Assembly (NCBI GenBank): GCA_030390025.1
Contig: CM059433.1
Span: forward strand, 19,966,001 to 20,030,000
Direction: 5' to 3'
DNA: 64,000 bases
Origin: Squalus acanthias
Lineage: Eukaryota
The translations under genes were made by a program, and so were the position numbers. The notes beneath the pieces are model-generated. The model was not told the origin of the DNA, ran no database searches, and was given only the letters and a program-made list of their open reading frames with translations. Below are positions 23,941 through 36,220 of the stretch, piece by piece (the stretch's first letter is position 1; every line of letters begins with the position of its first letter).

Positions 23941-24684
23941 GGGGGAACAATTGGGTTGCTTTGCGCCTCCCGTTAGCGCCCCTGGGGGGCGCTAACGGGG
24001 CACAAAGCCCTTAGCGCCCGGGTGCGGCGCCGCTAACGCCTCCCGTGAAATTCAGCAGGAGGTTAGTGGCGGCGGTAGCCGGTAGTGCCCCGCGGCGCTG
24101 CGCCGCCGGCGCTGACGTCATGTCCGTGCGCAGCGCCCCGCTCACGCCCCGGCCACAACCTTTAGTTGCGCCCCCTGACCTATCGCCGGATGATATGTCC
24201 GACAGGGCTCAGGGTGGTGCATTTGCAGCCGCGGTAGGCGCAAGTTAAAGGGCAGGTGTCGGGCGGCCATTTTTTTTTGGCCGACTTCCAGCACCTGCCC
24301 CCCCTTCCCCTTTTTTCTTCAGGGTGCCGTGATCGTTCAGCCCGGCACTCCTCTTGAGTGCCGGGCTGTTTTCCTGGCACCCTGCTCCCCGGTGGCCCAG
24401 CAGGGCCCTGCTGCACGCAGCGCTAGGCCCCTCCCCTTTAATCAGGAGAGGGAGGCCTGCAATTACGCATCACTACGTGCCGACGCGCGTGACGCTGTTG
24501 CACGTAGCACCGCGAAATTCACTGGTAGCGCCCCAAGATGGAGGGAGAGCGCTTCCAGTAGCGCCCCTGCTTGGGGCGCTACCACTGAATTTACAGCGCA
24601 GGGGTGCTAAGTTTTTTGGGGAGCTAAAAGTAGCGCCCCGACAAAGTTAGCGCCCCAAAGGGGGCGCCACCGAATTTCTCCCCC
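23941..24684 (+). mobile_element. GC/CpG-rich Harbinger-type MITE (family G)
   Basis: Ends GGGGGAACAATT...AATTTCTCCCCC; flanks gta/ata; inverted sister copy at 44023-44673. Confidence 0.82.
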
Positions 24685-25946
24685 ATAAACTCTTATTTTA
24701 TTGAAGTGGTGGCCTCTTCATAAAGGCGATGCTCGGGCCATCTCACCAGAACTCCTGACTAATTTGAAGCCTGGATATAGAAATGGGCTGTTTTTAAACT
24801 AGATTTCCTGTAATTTACTTCAAATGGAATATGTAATCTTGTTGATTTCCATCTCAGAATTGTACACAGTGCATCTCAAACGTGCACCATTGTTATAAAT
24901 AGAAGCATTAGAAGTAACAAACATTAATCACAGAGTAATCAACATCTATTCATTTCACAGATTTAAAAAGTGTTGATGTGATGAGGTGATAAACGGCAGC
25001 TGTTTGAATTAACAACTGTGAAAGCCAATCCCTTAGTATTTCAGTGGTGTGGTTGTTGAAGCCAGGCCCTTTGTTTTTAGGTAATGATTTTTGGATTGGA
25101 GATGTAGAGTGCAAGTTTAGACATGCACGTTTTCACCATATCACTAACCACCATAATAGTGCCGTGTCCTTATGAGGCTCAGTATTCCCACATCCTTTTT
25201 CAAGACCATTCCATCAAGTACTTCTCTGCCTGAGGCCACCTCGATCATTGTTCTCCTTTTTCAGGTCACTGAAACCACTACTTCCTCCATTTTGAGGGCC
25301 ATCTAGGTTACTGCTTTCTCCCAGAGACCATCAAGATTCTTGCTCTCTCCCCAACCAAGACTGTTGGCCTATCCCGGAAGCCAACCAGCCCTGCAGCTGT
25401 CTCCCCAGCGTTGAACAACCACCACTCCATGCACGAGGTTGTCCCCCACAAATCTGTCAACAAAACTATATGGTGAATAAATTGACCATGCGTTACAGGG
25501 TAAATTTTGTACGGTTCCCTTTGTAAGGTGACTTTTCATAAACCTGATCTGTAAATTTTGAGCCTATCCACACAGTCTGACAGAATGGTTATTCCCCCAT
25601 TATCCAAAGATTAGGGGGATTCAAGAGGGCCTGTGCCATTTCCAGTGAGCAAATTACAGTCGCAAGATTATTTACTGGAGAATTAGGCACTGGGGGCAAA
25701 GCCTTGCAAAATGTAACTTTCAAACTCAAGTAGCACCAAATTAAAAAGCATTTCATTCGATAAATGATCAGTAAGAACAAGTGGTGCAACGGGTTAGAAC
25801 AGCACTGGGAGCTGGGCTGATAGCTTTGAGCCAACAACAAACCTTTTCAAAGAAAAGAGCTGTTCCCATCTCCGAAATGGATGGTCGAAACAGGAGGGCA
25901 ATAGAAGAAAGTTAAGTAAAAGAAAGAAGAAGAAAGAGAGACTCTT

Positions 25947-27565
25947 GTGCAGGGACAGAGGGACCTGGGAGTTAATGTGCATAGGTCCCTGAAGGTGGCA
26001 GGACATATTGAGAGAGTGGTTAACAATGCATATGGGATCTTGGGCTTCATAAATAGAGGTATTAAGTACAAAAGTAGAGAAGTTATGCTGAACCTTTATA
26101 AAGCGCTGGTTAGGCCACAACTGGAGTATTGCGTCCAGTTCTGGTCACCACACTTTAGAGAGGATGTGAAGGCACTTGAGAGGGTGCAGAGGAGATTTAC
26201 CAGAATGGTTCCGGGGATGGGGGATCTTAGCTACAAGGACAGGTTGGAGAAGCTGGATTTGTTTTTATTAGAGCAAAGGAGGTTGTGGGGTAATTTGATA
26301 GAGGTGTACAAGATTATGACGGGTTTGGATAGGCTAGGCGGGGAAAGGCTATTCCCACTAGTTGATGGTACAAGGACTAGGGGACACAGATTTAAGGTTT
26401 TGGGCAAGAGATACAGGGGGGATGTGAGGAATAGCTTTTTTACGCAGCGAGTGGTGAGGACCTGGAATTCGTAGCCGACGGAAGTGGTGGAAGCGGAGAG
26501 ACTCAGGGGGAAAATTTCAGTTGGTTGCGCCTCCCGTTAGTGCCTTAAGAGGGCGCTAATGGGGCGCAAAGCATCCAGCGCCCAGGCGCGGCGAAGTTTG
26601 CGCCGCTCGCGAAATTAACTAGACATTTTGCGGCGGCGCTAAACACTACCGCCACGATCTCCTGCGCCGGCAGATCATGACGTCAGTCGAGTGCGCAACG
26701 CCCCGGTATCGCCCCGGAGCGGATATTGAGTGGCGCCCCCTGCCTTACCGCCTGACGCTAGCAACGAAAGGTTGAGGGGAGCATTCTGCAGTCATGAAGG
26801 GAAAGGGGGAGCGCTATTTAAAGGTGACCGCTTCCTGCCTTTTATTGTTAGTGCCATTTTTGAACTACGCATTCTGAGAGAGAGAGAGAGACTTCTGGAG
26901 AGATTCAACGTTGTGTGAAGGAGTTTTGGGTACTGAGCAGCACTTTGCAGGTTCATTTTGATTTGCCATTCCTTGTATCGATTTAGAAGAGACTGTGGGG
27001 GCTGCACTCTGAGCTCTTTGCCTGGTACTCTCCATTGTTCTTTCCAGCAGATTTGATGTGCAGGTCTCTCCAGGCCGAGATTCAAGGCTGCAATGAGCAG
27101 GATGTGGATGGAAAGCAAGATCAACCATCCCCTTTAAGAACTGGCCCGTGCCATTGTGTGTGTGTTCCATTGCTGACTGACATTACATAAGCTTCGCCAG
27201 CGCTCTGAGGTAGCGCCTCGCTCCTCGGCCTTTGCGCCTTAAGACAGGTGTGAAGCGCCTGATTTAGCACTCCAATCACCTCCAGGGGCGATAAAAGTCA
27301 AGTTTGCAGTCGGTGGTGATAATTAGCGCCAGGCGCTAATCTTTGCGCCCGGCCGATAATTGCGCCCCAAATGTGGCGATACTGAATTTCTCCCCCTCAA
27401 TGTTTTCGAGGGGAGACTGGATAGGCACTCGACGGAAATAAACTTGCAGGGCTACGGGGATAGAGCGGAGGAATGGGACTGACTGGATTACTGTACAGAG
27501 AGCCGGCACAGACTCGATGGGCCGAAAGGCCTCCTTCTGTGCCGTTGTGACTTGACTCTATGACT
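25947..27565 (+). mobile_element. CR1 3' fragment split by MITE 26506-27396
   Basis: ORF 25947..26474 (QRDLGV...LVRPQLEYCVQFW...FFTQRVV); CR1 end resumes at 27397. Confidence 0.9.
26506..27396 (+). mobile_element. GC-rich Harbinger-type MITE (family H)
   Basis: Ends GGGGGAAAATTT...AATTTCTCCCCC; TSD TCA (26503-26505, 27397-27399); inverted sister copy at 49230-50124. Confidence 0.88.
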
Positions 27566-28221
27566 TACATTTATATAGCACCTTTCACGACCACCGGACA
27601 TCGTAAAGCGCTTTACAGTCAATGAAGTACTTTTTTGGAGTGTAGTCACTGTTGTAATGTGGGAAAGGTTTATATAAAAAAAACCTCAAAAGGGGATAAG
27701 AAAATCGAATAGAGGTCGTGTAATATTCAAAGTTAAATTTTAAAAAGCTACCGAGAAAATAGGTGAAAAGAAGGACGACAAAGGGAGATGATTTCCTCCG
27801 TGTGGTATCTGAAATTAAATTGTAGAGCTGCTATTTATAATTAGCTTCACATATCCCACAGAAATCGTTCCCCAAATGAACATAGGCAGATAGTTTGTTA
27901 TTTTTAGGTAAAATGTATTTTAGGTGTTTAATGTTATATTTTGGGATTAATATTGGAGTACTGAAGACATTCCTAATGCTGAGCAGCTTTATTGTTTTCA
28001 GTATCACAGTGTGTAACCTGAAAATAAAGAAAAGTGGTGGGCTCGAGGAGATATGAGTTTCCCTGAATCTGCTGGCAGCCCGAGGGTTAATTTCTTCTTC
28101 ATACATCCGTACTATAAATAGAAACACGATTGGGATCATGCATTATCTGGATAAATATCCAGCATGTTCCCGAAATATATCTCTGCTTCCCCTGCTGGCC
28201 ACAGACGAATGTACAGATTAT

Positions 28222-29943
28222 GGGATGGAGTTTGCCGGCGCTCAGAGGGTGGGTTTGGAGGTGGGTCCATTGTCAAAATAGCAAAGATTGACAGCAGGTA
28301 GGAAACCCACTGTCAACCCGCCTCCACGCGATTCTCCCAGGTGTCGGGTCTGTCTGGGGAGACAATTTATATCATTAAATGGCTTGTTAACAGCCAATTT
28401 AATGCTATTTTGAGCCTACCTTGTAATTTTATGTGCTCCCCCATAGGTTACCCACTGCTCGGGGAACACGCCAGCTCACCCTGTCGTGAGTGAGTCTGCT
28501 CTAATGTATCTGGTAACCTGACAGCTGCAGAAGTGGTATAAAGGATGCCATATTGCAGATGTTCAGTTTCAGAGCTCAGAAACTGTTGGTTAATGCATTT
28601 GTAAGACATATAGAGATTTCTTTAGCTTGCAAGTGTTTAGAGCCAACTGTATATCCAGTGCCACCTCATTGAAAGAACCTCTATCACCATTGTCAGATCG
28701 CTTCTGTCATCTCACCTGCAATCTATTCCAGTTTGAAAAAATCACACCTTGGTCCTCTGAATCCTTCCACGATCAGCCCCAAAACCAAAATCACCAGGCA
28801 CACCAACATCACCAACAACATCACCAACCTTCTCCGCCATCACCTGATGCTGCACAGGACACAGGGCATCAGCCCCTGACAACATTGCTGCCCGGGAGGC
28901 CAGTGATGACATCACCATGACGCTGTACACCCTGGCTGCCACGTGATGCGCCAGGTTGACACCATCCCACACCAGCACCGTGAAGCATCCCTATAATGTC
29001 CAAGTCATTCCTTTCACACTCATCACTATAGCGGTGGGGGGGTGGTGCGGGGGGAGTTATGTCTGAGCATTCACTGGAACTCAGTAAGACACTTCTCAAG
29101 GTGAGCACAGATCTGTCAAGTAAGGTGAAGTGTTGAAAATATAGATTTCACTGTATGACAACACATTACCAGAAACTTCACATGAACATTGGCTAAACCT
29201 CTCAAGTGCCCACCCTTGTGTGTTATTAGTTGGTATGCTTGCAGTAGGATGAGGGTGAGTGTGAGGGGTGGCTAGTGAGATGGGGAAGTGATAATGTAGA
29301 TAGAGAGGGATGGGTGGAGGTGCAAGGTAAGTTGGTGTGAGTAAGGATGTGCAGGAGTAGGGTAGGGAAGGCAGAGTGATCGGAATGCGATGAGTGGCAC
29401 AGCAGGGTGAGTTGAGGGTGGCATTGCAGTAACGTTTCATGATCTACTGAGATCATTGAAAGGTTGGCGCCACTGCACCCAGGTCCTCCTGATGACATCC
29501 CTGCTTGTGTCCTCCTGTGCAATGTGCAACCAGACTGCGTTGATCTCTTCCGCCCATGGGAAGGGAAGAGAATCTCCCTGTGTGCTGTCACTCCCTCCAT
29601 AAGCATATGGAGGGAGTCATGCGTGAGCCTGGGTGCAGACGTGCACCTTTGCGCAGTGCTTGTCAGTGTTTGCAGCTCCTCAGTGCTGCAGAACACTGAC
29701 AGCACAACTGTCAAAATCAATGTGGCCGTGGTCCCTTTAAGGAAACCGGCTGATGACGCGTCATCAAATGACGTCATCAGACCCACTTTCTGTTAATTGG
29801 CTAGGAACCTCACAGGGCAGGGGCTTAACAAGCCCAATCTACGGAAAATCCTTTTCAGAGAGCGGCCTCAGATGGAGATGGGACCGGAAACCGCCAACCA
29901 GCTCTCCCGCTGCCATCCCGCCTCCGCAGGGAAAATCCAGCCC
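28222..29943. mobile_element. Second, more decayed Harbinger deletion derivative with transposase and Myb-like remnants
   Basis: Ends GGGATGGAGTTTGCC / GGGCTGGATTTTCCC; minus-strand APRLTHDSLHMLMEGVTAHREILFPSHGRKR and RRTWVQWRQPFNDL (about 29640-29440) are homologous to Myb exon 1 at 16463-16224; plus-strand Q/H-rich stretch at 28760-28860 resembles the transposase N-terminus. Confidence 0.78.
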
Positions 29944-30848
29944 TAAATTTGGCTCTAATCAGATCTTTTCCATGCACACAAAATCAATGATTTCAAAAAA
30001 TTATTTATTTAAAATAATTGCAAGAAACCTCCCTGATGGTGTTCATAGCAAGATAAACTTTGTTTTAAACTCGGTTGGAAGAACACTACTCACCAATTCT
30101 GTGCAGTGACTCATCATTGCTCTTGGGGAAACAGTTAAATGGCTATTAACAATGTAAATGTCTAACACACTTTTGCAAAGGGATCCAAATCAAAGCCTTT
30201 TGGCCCCAATTTCACATCTCTTTGTTTCGCATGGAACTCAGAACATGAAACATCTGCCCACATTGTGCAACTAAATTCATTGTGCTGTGACTAATTGCCA
30301 ACTCGATGTATTTATCTGTTCCCTGATTTAGAATGAGGTAAGCTGATTTATTGGCCTGGAATTTGCGGTCAGTGGTGAAGCAAAGGCATTCGCCGCTGGC
30401 CCCAAAGTAAGCTTCGCATAAAGATCTCGCCATCTCTGTGTCGAGAAGTTTGGGTTTTCCGACGTGTAGTTCAAATCAACGGAAGTTAGTGGAGATCCCC
30501 TAGTGCGAGCTGTTGTGACGTCAACAAGCTGTCTAAGCAGCCAATCAAAACACGGAATTCTCACAGACAGCGAACAAGGAAGTTGAGTAAGCTCTTAAAT
30601 TTCTAACATTTTAAAACATGTTAGAGAGAGCAAAACAAAGATTGGGGAAAAGGCAAACCTGAAATAAAGATGAACAAACTTAAAAAAAATTTTTTTTTAA
30701 GTTCTTAAAAATTAAATTTTTTATTAAAATGGATAAATTTGACACGGCACAAAATTAAAATTAGTTTTTCAGGTTAATAATCTTTGTTTAGCAGTCAATA
30801 CGCTGTTAAAACGCCAGCTACAGCTGATCGCTTTGGTTCTAACTTTTA

Positions 30849-33800
30849 AGAAGGAAAGACTTGCATTTATATAGTGCCTTTCACGACCACCGACGTCTCA
30901 AAGTGCTTTACATAGAACATAGAACATAGAACAGTACAGCACAGTACAGGCCCTTCGGCCCTTGATGTTGTGCCGAGCATTGCCCGAGACCAAGATCAAG
31001 CTATCACACTCCCTATCACTCTGGTGTGCTCCATGTGCTTATCCAATAACCGCTTGAAAGTTCCTAAAGTGTCCGACTCCACTATCACAGCAGGCAGTCC
31101 ATTCCACACCCCAACCACTCTCTGAGTAAAGAATCTACCTCGGACATCCCTTCTATATCTCCCCCCATGCACTTTATAGTTATGCCCCCTTGTAACAGCT
31201 GCCTCTACCCGAGGAAATAGTCTCTGAACATCCACTCTATCTATCCCCCTCATCATCTTATAAACCTCTATTAAGTCGCCTCTCATCCTCCTCCGCTCTA
31301 AAGAGAAAAGCCCCAACTCCCTCAATCTTTCCTCATAAGACCTCCCCCCCAAACCAGGCAGCATCCTGGTAAATCTCCTTTGCACTCTTTCCAATGCTTC
31401 CACGTCCTTCCTATAGTGAGGTGACCAGAACTGCACACAATATTCCAAATGTGGTCTCACCAAGGTCCTGTACAGTTGCAGCATAACCTCACGGTTCTTA
31501 AACTCAAACCCTCTGTTAATAAACGCCAACACACCATAGGCCTTCTTTACTGCTCTATCCACTTGAGTGGCAACCTTCAGAGATCTGTGGATATGAACCC
31601 CCAGATCCCTCTGCTCCTCCACGTTCCTCAGAACTCTGCCGTTGACCCTATAATCCTTATTCAAATTTGCCCTACCAAAATGAATCACCTCGCACTTATC
31701 AGGGTTAAATTCCATCTGCCATTTTTCAGCCCAGCTCTGCATCCTATCAATGTCTCTTTGCAGCCTACAACAGCCCTCCACCTCATCCACTGCTCCACCA
31801 ATCTTGGTGTCATCAGCAAATTTACTGATCCACCCTTCAGTCCCCTCCTCCAAGTCATTGATAAAAATCACAAACAGCAGAGGACCCAGCACCGACCCCT
31901 GTGGCACACCGCTGGTAACTGGTCTCCAGTCCGAAAATGTTCCATCCACCACCACCCTCTGCCTTCTATGAGATAGCCAGTTACTTATCCAATCGGCCAA
32001 ATTTCCCTCTATCCCACAACTCCTTACTTTCTTCATGAGCCGACCATGGGGAACCTTATCAAACGCCTTACTAAAATCCATGTATACGACATCAACTGCT
32101 CTACCTTCATCTACACACTTAGTTATCTCCTCAAAGAATTCAATCAAATTTGTTAGGCAAGACTTACCCTTCACGAATCCGTGTTGACTATCCCTGATTA
32201 AGTTGCCCCTTTCCAAATGGTCATAAATCCTATCCCTCAGGACCTTTTCCATTATCTTACCAACCACCGAAGTAAGACTAACCGGCCTATAATTACCAGG
32301 GTCATTCCTATTTCCTTTCTTGAAGAGAGGAACAACATTCGCCACTCTCCAGTCCTCTGGCACCATCCCCGTGGACAGTGAGGACCCAAAGATCAAAGCC
32401 AGAGGCTCTGCAATCTCCTCCCTTGCCTCCCAAAGAATCCTAGGATATATCCCATCTGGCCCAGGGGACTTATCGACCCTCAGGTTCTTCAAAATTGCTA
32501 GAACATCTTCCCTCAGAACATCTACCACCTCCAGCCTATCCACCTTTATCACACTCTCATCCTCAAGAAGATGGCCCCTCTCCTCGGTGAACACTGACAA
32601 AAAGTATTCATTCATCACCTCTCCTATCTCTTCTGACTCCATGCACAAGTTCCCACTACTGTCCTTGACCGGCCCTACCCTCACCCTGGTCATTCTTTTA
32701 TTTCTCACATAAGAGTAAAAAGCCTTGGGGTTTTTCTTGATCCGACCCGCCAAGGACTTCTCATGCCCCCTCCTAGCTTTCCTAAGCTCTTTTTTTAGCT
32801 CATTCCTTGCTACCTTGTACCCCTCAATCGACCCAACTGAACCTTGTTTTCTCATCCTTACATACGCTTCCTTTTTCCTCTTGACTAGACATTCAACCTC
32901 TTTTGTGAACCATGGTTCTCTCACTCGGCCATTTTCTCCCTGCCTGACAGGGACATACCTATCAAGGACACGCAGTAATTGCTCCATGAAAAAGCTGCAC
33001 TTTTCGTTTGTGCCTTTCCCTGATAGTTTCTGTTCCCATCTTATACTCCCTAATTCTTGCCTAATCGCATCATAATTACCCCTCCCCCAATTATAAACCC
33101 TGCCCTGCCGTATGGCCCTATCCCTCTCCATTGCAATAGTGAACGTTACCAAATTGTGGTCACTATCTCCAAAGTGCTCTCCCACATACAAATCAAACAC
33201 TTGGCTCGGTTCATTACCCAGTACCAAATCCAACGTGGCCCCAGCTCTTGTCGGCCTATCCACATATTGTGTCAGGAAACCCTCCTGCACACACTGTGCA
33301 AAAACTATCCCATCCGAACTGTTTGACCTATAAAGGTTCCAATCAATATTTGGAAAGTTGAAGTCACCCATGACAACTACACTGTGACCTCCACACCTAT
33401 TCATAATCTGCTTTGCAATTTCTTCCTCCACATCTCTATTACTATTTGGGGGCCTGTAGAAAACTCCTAACAACGTGACCGCTCCTTTCCTATTTCTAAC
33501 TTCAGCCCATATTACCTCAGACGGCAGATCCCCCTCGAACTGCCTTTCTGCCGCTGTTAAACTATCCTTGATTAACAATGCTACTCCTCCACCTTTCTTA
33601 CCAACTTCCCTACTCTTACTGAAACATCTATACCCCGGAACTTCCAACAACCATTCCTGTCCCTGTTCTAACCAAGTCTCCGTAATGAAGTACTTTTGGA
33701 GTGTAGTCAGTGTTGTAATGTGGGAAACGTGGCAGCCAATTTGTGCACAGCAAATTCCCACAAACAGCAATGTAATAATGGCCAGATAATCTGTTTATGT

Positions 33801-34032
33801 GATGTTGGTTGAGGGATAAATATTGGCCAGGACACCGAGGATAACTCCCCTGCTTTTCTTCGAAATAGTGCCGTGGGATCTTTTATGTCCACCTGAAAGA
33901 GCAGACGGGGCCTCGGTTTAACGTCTCATCTGAAAGACGGCACCTCCGACAGTGCCGCACTCCCTCAGCACTGCACTGGAGTGTCAGCCTAGCTTTATGT
34001 GCTCAAGTCCCTGGAGTGGGACTTGAACCCAC
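30849..34032 (-). mobile_element. Deu-domain SINE (SacSINE1/AmnSINE1-like), 5'-truncated, split by CR1 (pieces 30849-30912 and 33684-34032)
   Basis: Matches the full copy at 34783-35245; aactttta duplication at 30841-30848 and 34033-34040. Confidence 0.85.
30913..33686 (-). mobile_element. Young CR1 LINE, 5'-truncated inside the APE domain, with uninterrupted ORF2 (APE endonuclease plus RT)
   Basis: ORF 30996..33770: ITETW, YRPP, GDFN, SDH (APE); KSPGPDG, GVPQGSVLGPLLF, KFADD (RT); (ATGTTCT)n tail. The first ~28 aa of the called ORF come from the flanking SINE. Confidence 0.96.
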
Positions 34033-34782
34033 AACTTTTAGTGGGGAATTTAACAGCAGTATTACTGCGGAAGAGCTGAAATTTTGATCAGTTTCCCTGA
34101 TTTGAGAGATTACTCTGATTGCCGGCTCTGTGGGGGGGAAGGGGGTGGGGGGCACAGCACAGCCTGTGTCGGAGCAGTGAATGACAGAACGCAAATTCAG
34201 GATTTCCACATGCACCTGCGCTTGTGCCAAATCCCGAAGTTGCGGTCAGTTTCAAACGCGGAATGACGGCGCACGCTGCCAGTTCGCCGTCACCCGGACC
34301 GCAATTTCCGGGCCAATGTATCAGAACTGAGAATCTTCGATGACTGGGGCAGCAACAGTTCAGAGACCACTTTACTCTGATGGCTGACAGTGATTGACAG
34401 GCATGACTTCAGGTTGAGCGAGCAGTGAAATACATTGAAATAAAACAGCTGAGAATCATCCAGGTGCAATGACAGATTGTTCTTTTCGATCTGATATTCT
34501 TTGAACATATAACAAGAAATTTTGCTGGGTCTGCCTCCAAGTGGACTGGATTACTTGGTTGTCGTGGATACAAGAAAATAAGGCAGGTCAAAGTGCACAC
34601 CTGTTAAGGGAGTTATCCAATTTCTAATTACATTGAAATTAATGGACAGAAAATCAGGGAGAAAGGCAAAGTAAAGGGGGTATGCTCTGACCCGCCTGAT
34701 TTCCCAATATTGGCTGCACCCAGGTGATCCAGCTCACCTCGGAACAGATCCAGGAAAATCTCCTCTAATTAGAAATAAATAA

Positions 34783-35245
34783 AGACTTGCATTTGTATAG
34801 CGCCTTTCAGAACCTCAAGACATCCCAATGCGCCTTATAGCCAATTAAGTACTTTTGAAGTGTAGTCATTGTAGTAAGGTAGGAAACACAGCAGACAATT
34901 GCGCACAGCAAGCTCCCACAAACAGCAATGTGATAATAACCCGATAAATCATTTTTGTCAGTGATGTTGGTTGAGGGATAAATATTGGCCGGGACAACGG
35001 CGAGAACATCCCTGCTCTTCTTTGAAATAGTGCCATGGGATCTTTTATGTCCATCTGAGAGGGGAGACGGGGCCTCGGTTTAACTTCTCATCTGAAAGAT
35101 GGCAACTCTGACAGTGCAGCGCTCCCTCTGTACTGCACTGGAGTGTCAGCCTAGATTTTGTGCTCAAGTCTCTGGCATGGATCTTGAACCCACAACCTTC
35201 TGACGCAGAGGCGAGAGTGCTGCCCCATTAAGCTATGGCTGACAC
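34783..35245 (-). mobile_element. Full-length tRNA-headed Deu-domain SINE (SacSINE1-like)
   Basis: Minus-strand head with A box TAGCTTAATGG and B box GGTTCAAGATCC; Deu core TTAAACCGAGGCCCCGTCT...GATCCCATGGCACTATTT...AATATTTATCCCTCAACCAAC; L2-like tail AAGGCGCTATACAAATGCAAGT. Confidence 0.88.
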
Positions 35246-35643
35246 CATTGCGTGCCAATATTATGTAAAACCTGCTTGCAATTCAAATACTTTTCCTTGA
35301 GTTTGTTTTGAATTGCTCCTTACACTGTGACATTAAGAGTATAGACAGTTCAAAAGGTAAGTAGATTGTGGTGAGCGAGCTGAGGCGGCCATGAAGAGGT
35401 CACAGCTTGTGTCAGTGCCCTGGGCTGTGGAAGGGGACAGCAGCCAAGATTCCTGCTCCCAGTTGCTACCCAGTGACTTTTTGTGGAAAGTGCATAAGTG
35501 GGCAAGATTGGGCTTGGCATTTGCTGCCTCCATGGTTGTGTAACCTGCCAATAGTCATGGTCTGGGCTCACACAAGTAGAGTAGCTGGTGCGGTGAGATT
35601 CTGGAGGGCAGCCGGTATCTGTGGAACTGTGCCTTCAGAGGAG

Positions 35644-35860
35644 CCATGATGTGGAGATGCCGGTGTTGGACTGGGGTGGACAAATGTGAGAAGTCGCACA
35701 ACACCAGGTTATAGTCCAACAGTTTTATTTGAAATCACAAGCTTTTGGAGTGCTGCTCCTTCATCAGGTGAAGCCCACCTGACGAAGGAGCAGCAGCTCC
35801 GAAAGCTTGTGATTTCAAATAAAACTGTTGGACTATAACCTGGTGTTGTGCGACTTCTCA
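35644..35860. mobile_element. Palindromic Penelope pLTR remnant (same family as 404-991)
   Basis: Inverted arms 35686-35770 and 35776-35861 with a 5-nt loop; 12-bp TSD ccttcagaggag (35632-35643, 35861-35872). Confidence 0.85.
35776..35811 (+). ncRNA. Minimal type I hammerhead ribozyme motif
   Basis: cac-CTGACGA-a-ggagc-agca-gctcc-GAAA-GC-TT-gtg; the opposite-arm copy has GAAA changed to AAAA. Confidence 0.75.
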
Positions 35861-35874
35861 CCTTCAGAGGAGGA

Positions 35875-36220
35875 CAACAACCACAACTTGTATTTATATA
35901 GCGCCTTTAACCTCGTAAAATGTCCCGTGGCGCTTCACAGGAGTATTACAAGAATTTTTTTTTTGACTCCGAGCCACATAAGGAGAAATTAGGGCAGATG
36001 ACCAAAAGCTTGGTCAAAGAGGTAGGTTTTAAGGAGAGTCTTAAAGGAGGAAAGAGAGGTAGTGAGGCGGAGAGGTTTGGGGAGGGAATTTCAGAGCTTA
36101 GGGCCTTGGCAACAGAAGGCACGGCCGCCAATGGTTGAGCGATTAAAACCAGGGATGCTCAAGAGGGCAGAATTGGAGGAGCGCCGATGTCTCGGGGGTT
36201 TGTGGGGCTGGAGGAGGGGT
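35875..36220 (-). mobile_element. L2 LINE 3' fragment
   Basis: Reverse complement of 63300-63615 (acttgtatttatatagcgccttt...ccaaaagcttggtcaaagaggtaggtttt). Confidence 0.8.

Larger units (their letters stand above)
30353..34314. mobile_element. Harbinger-type MITE (arms 30353-30848 and 34033-34314) hosting a SINE and a CR1
   Basis: TIR GGCC(T/C)GGAA(T/A)TTGCGGTC at both ends; flanks att/aat. Confidence 0.8.

Noticed and set aside
33687..33770. N-terminus of the 924-aa ORF as a real CR1 start
   Set aside because: It is SINE sequence read through by chance; CR1 similarity begins at ITETW
35165..35245. tRNA gene
   Set aside because: The A/B boxes belong to a SINE head; no complete cloverleaf
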